Assembly (NCBI GenBank): GCA_965205655.1
Contig: CBDBIJ010000038.1
Coordinates: 1 to 33,197 of the forward strand
DNA length: 33,197 nt
DNA from: Candidatus Latescibacterota bacterium
GTDB lineage: Bacteria; Latescibacterota; UBA2968; UBA8231
Direction: 5' to 3'
This document shows positions 9,340-18,087 of this stretch, piece by piece; position 1 is the first letter of the stretch; each line of letters begins with the position of its first letter. The notes beneath the pieces are model-generated. The model saw nothing but the letters and a program-made list of their open reading frames with translations. It made no database searches and had not been told where the DNA came from. The position numbers were made by a program, and so were the translations under genes.

Positions 9340-9948
9340 CTACAGCGACGCCTTCCAGGTCAGGCGGGCCGAGAGACCGTCGGCACCCGGCAGGATGTCG
9401 ATGCGAGGTCTCTCGCCGACGCTGCTGAGATGCGCATCCACAAAGGCCTCGAGAGCGGCGAATGTAATGGTGGCAAACAGACCCAGGAAGTAGGTGTTTC
9501 TCCGGGCCGCCCCGTCTTCGTGCGCACCCTCGAGCTCTTCGACCGCAAGGCGCAGCGCCGTGATGTCTGAACTCCCGCCCTCGTCGGTCGCCCGGCGCAG
9601 CTCGTCACGGGCGCGTCGGGCCCGGTCGCCGATGCGATCCAGGTCGCGCACCTTCAACACACCACCCGCCAGAAAAGCGCCGGCCGAGGCCCCGAACAGG
9701 ATGGCCCTGGCAGGGCGGTCGTTCGAGTACTGACCCCACCCCGGCAGCAGAGCCGATCGCAGCAGCGCGCTCCGCGGTGTCACAGCCGAAACGACGCAGG
9801 CGCTACCGGCGCTCGCGGGAGCAGTAGCTGTCTGGCCCTCGAGCGCGCCGGCCATCACACCGAGGCTCACTGAGATGGCGACGGCGATTGCCTTCCACGT
9901 CGGGCGCGCACGGGGTTGTTCGAATCCGGCCGTGTCGCTGCCGGTCAT
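9340..9948 (-). CDS. DUF5683-like membrane protein
   Basis: ALLRSALLPGWGQYSN motif and RRN...LEAFVDAHL. ATG at 9948 overlaps the fmt stop. Confidence 0.75.
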   Translation of the reverse strand: MTGSDTAGFEQPRARPTWKAIAVAISVSLGVMAGALEGQTATAPASAGSACVVSAVTPRSALLRSALLPGWGQYSNDRPARAILFGASAGAFLAGGVLKVRDLDRIGDRARRARDELRRATDEGGSSDITALRLAVEELEGAHEDGAARRNTYFLGLFATITFAALEAFVDAHLSSVGERPRIDILPGADGLSARLTWKASL

Positions 9949-10889
9949 CACGGTTTCACCGGTCCGAACCTGGACCCAACGGCGATGGGATGGCCCCGCA
10001 GGAAGGCGGTCCCTTCCATCTTCGACTTTCCTGAGGGCTGCACCTGGGTGAGCTCCAGCGAACCGTCGCCCGCGGCGATCACCAGCCCGGCCCCGGAGTC
10101 GGCCGCTATGACGACGCCGGGTGCGCCAGTCGGTGGCGTCTGAGACAGGCGGGCGCGGTGCACTTTCAGGGTGCCGCCCTCCCACTCGGTAAAAGCCCCG
10201 GGCACGGGGTTGGCACCCCGAATTCGGTTGCACACGGTAACCGCCGATTGTGACCAGTTCAGGCGGCCATCTTCCCTGGTGACCTTCGGCGCCCGGCTGA
10301 CACCCGCCTCACCTTGCCGACGGGGAGTGATGTCGCCGCGCTCGAGTCCGTCCAGGGTGTCGGCCAGCAACTCCGCGCCGATCTCGCGCAGGCGGAATTC
10401 GAGCTCGCCCGCCGTTTCATCGGATTCGATGGCGACCCGGCGTTGCAGGAGAATGTCGCCCGCGTCGACGCGGTCCTCGAGCAGAAACGTCGTAACCCCC
10501 GTTTCCGTCTCGCCATTGAAAATTGTCCAGATAATCGGAGCGGCACCGCGATAGGCCGGCAGGAGCGACGGATGAAGATTGACCGCACCGCCGGGCGCAG
10601 CGGCCAGAAGGTGCCTCGGAAGTATGGAGAAGGCGACGACGACGAAGACATCGGCCCCCAGGCGCGCGAGCTGAGCGGCGAAGCGCTCGTCTAGCAGCGA
10701 CGAAGGCTGCAGGACGTCGATGTCGAGCTTGCGCGCAGCGGTCTTGACGGCGGGTGCGGCGGGACGCCGCCCGCGACCGGCCGGTCTGTCCGGGTTGGTG
10801 ACAACAGCGACGATGTCGTGAGTGCTGCGGGCGAGTCGTCGGAAGGAGGGGACGGCGAACTCAGGCGTCCCCATGAAAATCACTTTCAT
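9948..10889 (-). CDS. fmt: Methionyl-tRNA formyltransferase
   Basis: MKVIFMGTPEFA, PDRPAGRG, NLHPSLLPAYRGAAPI and DAGD. Confidence 0.97.
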   Translation of the reverse strand: MKVIFMGTPEFAVPSFRRLARSTHDIVAVVTNPDRPAGRGRRPAAPAVKTAARKLDIDVLQPSSLLDERFAAQLARLGADVFVVVAFSILPRHLLAAAPGGAVNLHPSLLPAYRGAAPIIWTIFNGETETGVTTFLLEDRVDAGDILLQRRVAIESDETAGELEFRLREIGAELLADTLDGLERGDITPRRQGEAGVSRAPKVTREDGRLNWSQSAVTVCNRIRGANPVPGAFTEWEGGTLKVHRARLSQTPPTGAPGVVIAADSGAGLVIAAGDGSLELTQVQPSGKSKMEGTAFLRGHPIAVGSRFGPVKP

Positions 10890-10926
10890 AGCGGCTCAGC
10901 AGCGAGCCACATTCTCGAAAAGCTCT

Positions 10927-11265
10927 CTATGACTTGTCCCCACCGCCGTTCTTGATGCGGGAGACTGCCGTCCTCGACAGCTCGACCTTCACGTTGTCGG
11001 CGATCTTCACGACGATGATGTCGTCCTTCATGTTGGAAATAACGCCGTGGATGCCGCCGCTGGTGACGATCTGATCTCCCTTCTTTAGCTCGTCGACCAT
11101 GCGCTGCTGCGACTTCTGCTTCTTGATCTGAGGACGCAGGATGAGGAGGTAGAGAACGCCGAACATGAGAATAAAGGGGAGGAGCGACATGATCGGGTTC
11201 GCATCCCCTCCATCACCGGGCGTGGATCCCAGGGCATAGGCGGTATCGACTAGAAACAGCAGCAC
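10927..11265 (-). CDS. yajC: Preprotein translocase subunit YajC
   Basis: YLLILRPQ and LKKGDQIVTSGGIHG; tgt-yajC synteny. Confidence 0.95.
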   Translation of the reverse strand: MLLFLVDTAYALGSTPGDGGDANPIMSLLPFILMFGVLYLLILRPQIKKQKSQQRMVDELKKGDQIVTSGGIHGVISNMKDDIIVVKIADNVKVELSRTAVSRIKNGGGDKS

Positions 11266-11311
11266 AGCGGTATCCTCCGAATACAGTCAGGTCGCCCGAA
11301 AGTACGAAAAA

Positions 11312-12481
11312 CTACTCATCTTGGTAAGCTGCGTCCCGGTAGGCGGTGAGGAAATCGACCTTCCACCGGGGGAAGCGGCCAGCGGCGATGACGGCCCGCA
11401 TCTGTCGCATGAGATCGAGGAAGAAATGCACGTTGTGGCAGGTTGCCAGGTGGAGCCCGAGCAGCTCGTTGGTTTGAAACAGATGGCGCAGGTAGGATCG
11501 GTGATAGTTGCGACAGGTCTTGCATTCACAGTCCTCCACGACGGGACGTCGATCGGAGGCGTAGCGCGCGTTCTTGATACGCAGCCGTCCGCCCGGCGTG
11601 AACAGGGTGCCATTGCGAGCGTTGCGGGTCGGGATGACGCAGTCGAACATGTCGATGCCCAGAGCGACGCACTCGACAAGGTCGTGAGGCAGTCCCACCC
11701 CCATGAGGTAGCGCGGCCGTCCCGACGGCAGATGCGGCAGGCTGATACGGGTCATCTCGAGCAAATCCGAGCGGGGCTCGCCCACGCCCAGGCCGCCGAG
11801 GGCGTAGCCGTCGAAGTCCATGGCGGCGAGCTCTGCAGCACAGCGGCGACGAAGGTCCGGGTAGACGCTGCCCTGGACGATGCCAAACAACGCCTGCCGG
11901 CGCTGACCCACGCCCGCGGAGAGCTCCTCGTAGCTGGAGCGGCAGCGCCGGGCCCAGCGCACAGTGCGGTCCATGGAGTGACTCGCGTCCTCCAATTCAC
12001 ACGGATACGGCGTGCACTCGTCGAAAGCCATGATGATGTCGGCGCCGAGTTCGCGCTCCACGTCCATGACCTTTTCAGGTGAAAAGAAGTGATAGGAGCC
12101 ATCCAGATGCGATTGAAAGCGAACACCCTCTTCTTCGATGCGGGTGAGTCCGGTGAGACTGAAGACCTGGAAGCCGCCGCTGTCAGTGAGCACGGCGCCG
12201 GGCCAGTTCATGAAGCGGTGCAGTCCGCCGAAATCGCCGATGACGCGGGTTCCCGGCCGCAGATAGAGATGGTAGGCGTTGGCCAGAACGATGCCGGTGC
12301 CGAGCTCGAGAAGATCCTGCTGCGACAGCGACTTGACGGTCGCCTGAGTGCCCACCGGCATGAACACTGGTGTCTCCACGGTGCCGTGGGGGGTGTGGAG
12401 CAGCCCCGCGCGCGCGCCGCGGCGCTCGTCCCCGGCGACGATTTCGAATCGAATCGGCGCGCCAGAAGCCGCAGACGTCAC
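11312..12481 (-). CDS. tgt: Queuine tRNA-ribosyltransferase
   Basis: TPVFMPVGT, TDSGGFQVFSL, FDECTPYP, GIVQG, GGLGVGE, DMFDCVIPTRNARNG and Zn motif CECKTC...H. GTG start at 12481 overlaps the upstream stop. Confidence 0.97.
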   Translation of the reverse strand: MTSAASGAPIRFEIVAGDERRGARAGLLHTPHGTVETPVFMPVGTQATVKSLSQQDLLELGTGIVLANAYHLYLRPGTRVIGDFGGLHRFMNWPGAVLTDSGGFQVFSLTGLTRIEEEGVRFQSHLDGSYHFFSPEKVMDVERELGADIIMAFDECTPYPCELEDASHSMDRTVRWARRCRSSYEELSAGVGQRRQALFGIVQGSVYPDLRRRCAAELAAMDFDGYALGGLGVGEPRSDLLEMTRISLPHLPSGRPRYLMGVGLPHDLVECVALGIDMFDCVIPTRNARNGTLFTPGGRLRIKNARYASDRRPVVEDCECKTCRNYHRSYLRHLFQTNELLGLHLATCHNVHFFLDLMRQMRAVIAAGRFPRWKVDFLTAYRDAAYQDE

Positions 12482-13677
12482 TGGACGAGCTCGGAGACGG
12501 GGACGAAACGATGGCCCCGGGATTCCAGACGGGGCAGTACGGCCTCCAACGCCAGCAGCGTCTGCTCGCGCTCGTGCCCGATACCGATGGCCTGACCATC
12601 GGCCACGGCGATGGCCGCCAGCCGCCACAGTTGGCCCTCAACCGTTTCCGACTGCACGCGTCCGTCCTCGTCCACCGGGTCGATGAACAGATCTCGCTGA
12701 GCCGCAGGCAGCTCGAGGGCGCTGGCCACGGCAAGGCAGAGCGATTCAGCTGTTGTGCGGCTGTCGAGGAAGAACAGGTTGTGATGCTTGACTTCGGTGA
12801 GCACCTGCTCCATGACGCGCCAGTCAGCAGTGGCGCGGGAGCCCATGTGGTTGTTGACGCCGACGGCGCCCCGGACCCTCGCCAGGGCCTGTCGCACGAG
12901 CCGCCGAATCGTGTCGCCGTCCTGGTTGGTGAATATGGCGCCCGCGCCCGGATCCTGTTCGGGATAGTCGCGGGGCTCCATCGGCAGGTGCAGAAGAACT
13001 TCGTGGCCGTGCCGATGGGCCAGATCGACGATCGTCGAGGCCTGACCCTCATTCGGCAGCACTGCCATCGTGAGGGACTGCGGCAGGGAGCAGAACCGGT
13101 GGAGGAGGTCGTCGCCGGAGGTATAGCCGAAGTCGTCGAGCACGATAGCAATGCGGCCGGTCCGGCGCTTCAGCCTGCGATCATGCCGCAAGCTGAACAA
13201 AGTCGTCTCGACCGAGTCGAGGCCGCAACGCACATCCACCCTGCGGGCGTTTCTCTGAATCCCCTCGAAGACGCGTCCGCCGTGCCACCGAACGAAGCGC
13301 GACAGGCTCAGGTTGACCGCCGTCAGAGGGAGATCCGCCGGCACCCGAACAGAGATGTAGTCCACGACCGTCAGCGAGTCACTGGCGGCACGCTGCTTGT
13401 GGATCAGTTCCGGCCAGATGCCGAGCTCGGCGAGCGCCGAATCTACCTGGGCATGGAGACTATCGGCGAAGGCGTGGGCGTCTGTCGTTGTTGCAGGCGG
13501 TAGAGAAGAGAAGATAGCGTCGGCTGCCGGCTCCTCGTCGTGCCAGTGAACGACGAGGCCGGACAGCGCCGCGCCGGCCAACAGCAGCGCCGTCAAGCCG
13601 AGGTGCCAGTGCGCCCTTCGTCGCCGCGCCATGCGCGGGTGCGCTGATGCTGATGGGGTACGGCGGTTTCGACCCAT
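12478..13677 (-). CDS. Divergent polysaccharide deacetylase family protein (YibQ/DUF610) with N-terminal TM anchor
   Basis: IAIVLDDFG, HEVLLHLPMEP, GVNNHMGS, FFLDSRT, RDLFID and AIGIGH. The start could be 13632. Confidence 0.92.
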   Translation of the reverse strand: MGRNRRTPSASAHPRMARRRRAHWHLGLTALLLAGAALSGLVVHWHDEEPAADAIFSSLPPATTTDAHAFADSLHAQVDSALAELGIWPELIHKQRAASDSLTVVDYISVRVPADLPLTAVNLSLSRFVRWHGGRVFEGIQRNARRVDVRCGLDSVETTLFSLRHDRRLKRRTGRIAIVLDDFGYTSGDDLLHRFCSLPQSLTMAVLPNEGQASTIVDLAHRHGHEVLLHLPMEPRDYPEQDPGAGAIFTNQDGDTIRRLVRQALARVRGAVGVNNHMGSRATADWRVMEQVLTEVKHHNLFFLDSRTTAESLCLAVASALELPAAQRDLFIDPVDEDGRVQSETVEGQLWRLAAIAVADGQAIGIGHEREQTLLALEAVLPRLESRGHRFVPVSELVQ

Positions 13678-13707
13678 GCTGATCGGGGCGCGGCAGCTAC
13701 AGGCGGC

Positions 13708-14424
13708 TCAGCGAATGGACTGCTTGATGACGGACCATGGAGCGGACGCGATCGGTCCTGCCGCAACCGGCTTGTTCGCCTCCTCCCCACCGCCCTCGTC
13801 TCCGGCGCCGCCGCAGTCGCCGGCCAGCGGATCGTCGGCCCAGCGGATGATCTTCCAGGTGCCGTCCTCATCTTCGCGCAGCTTGAAGGTCATGACCTGG
13901 TTGACGCGGAACCCGTCGTCCTCCTCGACGAGTAGGAGAATGCGCACGCGGGCGCGGAAAATCTCCCAGTCCTCGTCGGGATGACCGTCAATGTCGTTCT
14001 CATCGGCCTTGGGATAGTCGCGCCCCAGCTCAGTGCTGCGGCGAATGAGCTCGAATTCGTACTCGATGGTTCGGAACACATCGAAGATGCCGGGCTCGCT
14101 TCCGTCGCGGGAGCCAGCCATGAGCTCGAGCTCCGTCTCGCGACCGTAGGCAAATTGAAGGTCGCCGAGACAGTCGGGCTCCGTGAACCAGAAGTCCCCG
14201 TCGAGGAGCGACTCGTAGAGCTCCTTGTCGCGGTTGTTGAAGGCGCGCTCGAGGTTGTCCATGGCGATCGTGGGGGTGTCCGCATCCTCGGCGGGGGGCC
14301 GCTCCACGGCTGCCGTTCCCTCTGGGGTGTGCTTGGCAGGAGCGAAGGGGTTGCTGCCGCCGCAGGCTGCGAGCGCGAAAAGTCCGCAGGCTCCGAAAGC
14401 GACTGCGAGAGCGGCTCTGATCAT
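13708..14424 (-). CDS. Acidic lipoprotein, probable NTF2/SnoaL-like fold
   Basis: Lipobox LAAC, NPFAP, TPTIAMDNLERAFNNRDKELYESLLDGDFWF and WKIIRWAD. ATG 14424 overlaps the upstream stop. Confidence 0.7.
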   Translation of the reverse strand: MIRAALAVAFGACGLFALAACGGSNPFAPAKHTPEGTAAVERPPAEDADTPTIAMDNLERAFNNRDKELYESLLDGDFWFTEPDCLGDLQFAYGRETELELMAGSRDGSEPGIFDVFRTIEYEFELIRRSTELGRDYPKADENDIDGHPDEDWEIFRARVRILLLVEEDDGFRVNQVMTFKLREDEDGTWKIIRWADDPLAGDCGGAGDEGGGEEANKPVAAGPIASAPWSVIKQSIR

Positions 14425-15203
14425 TGAGAATATTCTCCTCTCAGCTCCGTCCAAGAGCGTCTCGTCGAGGCGTCATCGCGAAGGTCCTCCCAACGACGGA
14501 CGATCCAGATCGGATTGTCCTCCGATGGCGTCGCCACGTCGATCTCGATGCGCCCACTGATCTCGAATATCTCAGCTGCGCGCTCTGGGGAGGGCTGTTC
14601 GGTAAACTCCACGCGATACTGGAAAATGTAAGTTTCCAGGAGCTGGTCGTCATCGTAGAGTAGCCGCTCGGCCTTGGTGGAGTCGAACCAGCGGATGAAA
14701 TCAATCTTCTGAAATCGCGTGCGGTCGAGCAGGTTGAAGACGAACAGGCGCTCCTGATCCAGCGACCAGAGCGTGTCGGCGTCGGCCTGAGGGTCGTAGT
14801 CGGCCGGCGGGTTGAAGACTTCTCGAAAGAGTTGCAAGCCATCGACATCCGGAACGAACAGGAAATCCTCCGTGAGTTGATCGAGGTACTGAATCGGGCT
14901 AAACCCCTCGACCGCATCCCGCACATTAAGAAGAGCTGCGTCCGGCGTCGTCGGTTCCCGCAAAAACAGCAGTGTGCCACTGGGGCAGTCGGGGGTTCGT
15001 GCGGAGAACGGGTTTTCATCGAGGCGCTCGACCTCGACGATGGCATTGCGGCAATGCGGGAAGGCATGCAGGTCGGTCTGTACCGTACACCGGCACTCCG
15101 TTTCGGCACTGTCGTCGAGGGTGCATCCGAGCAACGCGGCCAGGCCAAAGATGACGACGGGAGCCGCGCGCCTGCGCGGGCGCGAGCTGGATCGCCAGTT
15201 CAT
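14421..15203 (-). CDS. Lipoprotein paralogous to 13708..14424
   Basis: Lipobox LLGC, NPFSAR, TPDAALLNVRDAVEGFSPIQYLDQLTEDFLF and WIVRRWED. Confidence 0.7.
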   Translation of the reverse strand: MNWRSSSRPRRRAAPVVIFGLAALLGCTLDDSAETECRCTVQTDLHAFPHCRNAIVEVERLDENPFSARTPDCPSGTLLFLREPTTPDAALLNVRDAVEGFSPIQYLDQLTEDFLFVPDVDGLQLFREVFNPPADYDPQADADTLWSLDQERLFVFNLLDRTRFQKIDFIRWFDSTKAERLLYDDDQLLETYIFQYRVEFTEQPSPERAAEIFEISGRIEIDVATPSEDNPIWIVRRWEDLRDDASTRRSWTELRGEYSQ

Positions 15204-15206
15204 GGG

Positions 15207-16235
15207 TCAGTGGCTGAACGGAACAGGAGTAAAGCAGACGCCGAAGACGAACAGGCAGAGCCACCCCACGCGACGGCGCCACGGATCGAGCGGTACGTAG
15301 GGATAGTAGGGCGCCGGGTGATCCCTGCCGAAAAGAGTCAGAAAAAAGGCCAATCCCAACCAACCGGGCCAGCCCTGAGGCAGGTCCCACATGATTGAGA
15401 AAATACCGTACAGCCCCAGACCCAGCAACACGCCGAACGTCGCGCGCGCCACCTCGCGATGCCGAGGGCCGAAGAGGGCGTAGACGATGTGTCCGCCGTC
15501 GAGCTGACCGATCGGCAGGAGATTGAAGGCGGTGATGAACAGCCCTACCCAGCCGGCAAAGGCGACAGGACTGAGGAGAACGAGATCGCTGGGCTCGACG
15601 GCCGGCATGAGCGCGCCGGACATGACGGCGAACAAGAGGGGGGCGCCGAGCTCAATGACAGGTTCGGGGTGCTGGAAGGGCGACTCGCGGAAGTAGTCCG
15701 GGGAGACGACCTCAGACTGGGGCAACCCAATGGCGCAGGCAGCGATGGCGACGATAAATCCGGCGAGGGGCCCCGCAGCACCGATATCGAGGAGTGCCCG
15801 TTTGTGGGGAATGGGAGACCGCAGACGAATGACGGCACCGAGCGTCCCCAGAAAGGAGACATAGGGGAGTGGTAGAAAATACGGCAGCGAAGCCCGAACT
15901 CTCCATTTTCGAGCCGCGAAGTAGTGGCCGAATTCGTGCACTGTCAGAATAAGGAGGAGGGTGGCCGCAAAGGGAATTCCCTCTACGAGGTGCACGAGAC
16001 CGCTGACGTCGTGAAAGGGACTGACGCCCTGCTGCATCGCACCTGCAGCCATCATCGACGCGAGCGTCAACACGAACAGGATCACGTGGACCCACGGCCG
16101 CGAACGGCTCACAGGTGGCGCCATCCACAGTGGCCGCGCCTGTCGGGGTGGCGGTGTGGGGGCGGAGGAAGTCGAGGTCCGCCGGGGCGGTGGCGTTTGG
16201 GGAGGAGGGGGAGGGGTCTTGCGCCACAGGTTCAT
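15207..16235 (-). CDS. Site-2 protease family (M50) intramembrane metalloprotease
   Basis: HEFGH, GTLGAVI, IGAAGPLAG and NLLPIGQLDGGH. Confidence 0.95.
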   Translation of the reverse strand: MNLWRKTPPPPPQTPPPRRTSTSSAPTPPPRQARPLWMAPPVSRSRPWVHVILFVLTLASMMAAGAMQQGVSPFHDVSGLVHLVEGIPFAATLLLILTVHEFGHYFAARKWRVRASLPYFLPLPYVSFLGTLGAVIRLRSPIPHKRALLDIGAAGPLAGFIVAIAACAIGLPQSEVVSPDYFRESPFQHPEPVIELGAPLLFAVMSGALMPAVEPSDLVLLSPVAFAGWVGLFITAFNLLPIGQLDGGHIVYALFGPRHREVARATFGVLLGLGLYGIFSIMWDLPQGWPGWLGLAFFLTLFGRDHPAPYYPYVPLDPWRRRVGWLCLFVFGVCFTPVPFSH

Positions 16236-16245
16236 GCCGACACCA

Positions 16246-17115
16246 TCACCGTCGTCGAGGGCGGCTCAGAGTGAATAGGTGCGCCTCCCCGAGCTCTGAG
16301 CGGAACGGGACAAACGCGTAGTCGATGATCCACTGGCCCAGCTGCACCCCCACGCCGGCGGAGAGCGAGCGAGTATCGGCCGTCTGAAAACCGCCGCGCA
16401 GGGCCAACTGCTGTCGGGCGCGCCACTCCGTACCCAGGTGCGCCGTGACGCTGCCTCCGTCAGTCCACTGCGCGTCGAGAGTGATCAGCGCGTCGACGAG
16501 TCGACAGGCGGCGCCCAGCCGCAGCTGTCGCGGCAGATCGGTGGATTCGCGATCCAACCTGGTCGTGCCTCCGAAGTTGCGCAGGACGGCACCGACACTG
16601 AGGCGCGAAGAGTAGGCATGGATGATACCCAGATCGGCTGCAGCCCCGACGGCAGCCTCCGTGTAGATAGATTGCCGAATAAATTTCAGGGCCGCGCCCG
16701 CGTAGGTCGATTCCGTCAGGGTCCGCGATCCTCCGAACGCGAACGACCACTCATAGATGCCGAATTCTCCCAAAGGCTCCCGGGACGGCCCGACACGTCG
16801 CTGAAGGTCGTCGGCCCGAAAAAGCTCCGCGGCGATACCGACACTGCCCCGCTGCCGCGGCCACAGAGCGCTGACCTCATCGAGGCCGATGTCCTGAATC
16901 CACTCGCTGTGGCTCAGGGCATAGCCCCCGCCGGCACCGGAATCCAGGGCTGCGGGATTTGCCGAGAGCTGGCCGGGGCCGCGTACGGCGGTGACCGCTT
17001 GCCCCATGGCGGCGCTGCGAGCGCTGGCTCCGACACGCAGGAACGGGAAGCCGGCTGCAGCGAAGGAGTCCGTTGCAGCGATCAGGAACAGGAGCCAGGC
17101 TGATATTCGCAGCAC
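16246..17115 (-). CDS. PorV/PorQ family outer-membrane beta-barrel
   Basis: Signal peptide, FPFLRVGASARSAAMG, NPAAL, DLG, LP..LRLG and IDYAFVPF..LGEAH. Confidence 0.85.
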   Translation of the reverse strand: MLRISAWLLFLIAATDSFAAAGFPFLRVGASARSAAMGQAVTAVRGPGQLSANPAALDSGAGGGYALSHSEWIQDIGLDEVSALWPRQRGSVGIAAELFRADDLQRRVGPSREPLGEFGIYEWSFAFGGSRTLTESTYAGAALKFIRQSIYTEAAVGAAADLGIIHAYSSRLSVGAVLRNFGGTTRLDRESTDLPRQLRLGAACRLVDALITLDAQWTDGGSVTAHLGTEWRARQQLALRGGFQTADTRSLSAGVGVQLGQWIIDYAFVPFRSELGEAHLFTLSRPRRR

Positions 17116-17130
17116 GGAGTCGGCCCCAAA

Positions 17131-18087
17131 CTAGAAGTTGCCGGAGAAACCGAAGGCGGTGGTGCTGCCGGCATCGAGCTCATCGGTGAGATAGGTGTAA
17201 TGGAATTGCAGGACTTCCACCCGCATCGGTCTGAGGGTGAGACCGAAAACGGCCGAGTTCGATGATTGGCCGACTCTATCGAGACCCGCCCGCAGACTTA
17301 GCAAGGGGCTCACAGTCCACTCGAGACGCGTATCAAGATCGGTGTCGACGGAGCTGGACTGCACGTCGGCGGCAAGCAGGAGCATGGACCCGAACTCATG
17401 AGCGGCGCCGATGGCGAAAACGGCGGGAAGATCATCGTCCGACTTGCTTGTCTGCTGGGAGGATCTGTTTACGGACCAGCTCATGCGAGATTTCAGATTG
17501 CGCACAGTCGCCGCCACACGGGTGCGCGGCGACAATTCGTATTGAAAGCCCAGATCGAGGCCCCGACCAGTGGCGCTCGAGGTGCCCCGCTCGGGCACAC
17601 CGATATCGTGACTGAGCAGCTTCACGGCGAATCCGAAGGCGAGCCGGTTCAGGGGCACACCAAGTGCAAAGAAGAACGCGCTCTGCGAGGCATCGATGTC
17701 TCCCGTGACGTGACCGGAAACAGACCTGCCAACGAGGTCCCCGACGCCGGCATCGATCCATGCAAAGCCGAATCCAAGGCCGCCTCGCTGGTTCCAGGCC
17801 GCCGCCAGACCAGTGAGCCTGCGATTGACGGGGTCGAAGGAGCCAGGCTGCGAAACTGCCAGGAGTCGGGCACCGCGCACGCGGCTGAGAGCCGCCGGGT
17901 TCCACACGGCGGCGGCGGCATCGTCGGCCGCAGCCGTAAAGCTGCCGGTGATTCCGAGGCCACGAGCACCCATTCCGGTCTCGAGAAAGGCACCGGCGTA
18001 GTCGGCGGCGTCCGCCGCTGACGGTCCCACTGTCAGCGCGACCAGCTTGAGAAGGAGAGCGCTAATCCAGGACGACGACTTTTCCAA
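17131..18087 (-). CDS. PorV/PorQ family outer-membrane beta-barrel
   Basis: AFLETGMGARGLG, DDAAAAVWNPAAL, GLDLG and C-terminal Phe (GFSGNF). The start is uncertain; TTG 18087 was chosen. Confidence 0.85.
   Translation of the reverse strand: MEKSSSWISALLLKLVALTVGPSAADAADYAGAFLETGMGARGLGITGSFTAAADDAAAAVWNPAALSRVRGARLLAVSQPGSFDPVNRRLTGLAAAWNQRGGLGFGFAWIDAGVGDLVGRSVSGHVTGDIDASQSAFFFALGVPLNRLAFGFAVKLLSHDIGVPERGTSSATGRGLDLGFQYELSPRTRVAATVRNLKSRMSWSVNRSSQQTSKSDDDLPAVFAIGAAHEFGSMLLLAADVQSSSVDTDLDTRLEWTVSPLLSLRAGLDRVGQSSNSAVFGLTLRPMRVEVLQFHYTYLTDELDAGSTTAFGFSGNF

Noticed and set aside
12370..13503. Long antisense ORFs (also 23684..24817, 25713..26735, 29759..30721)
   Set aside because: Shadow frames opposite well-supported genes, expected in high-GC DNA.
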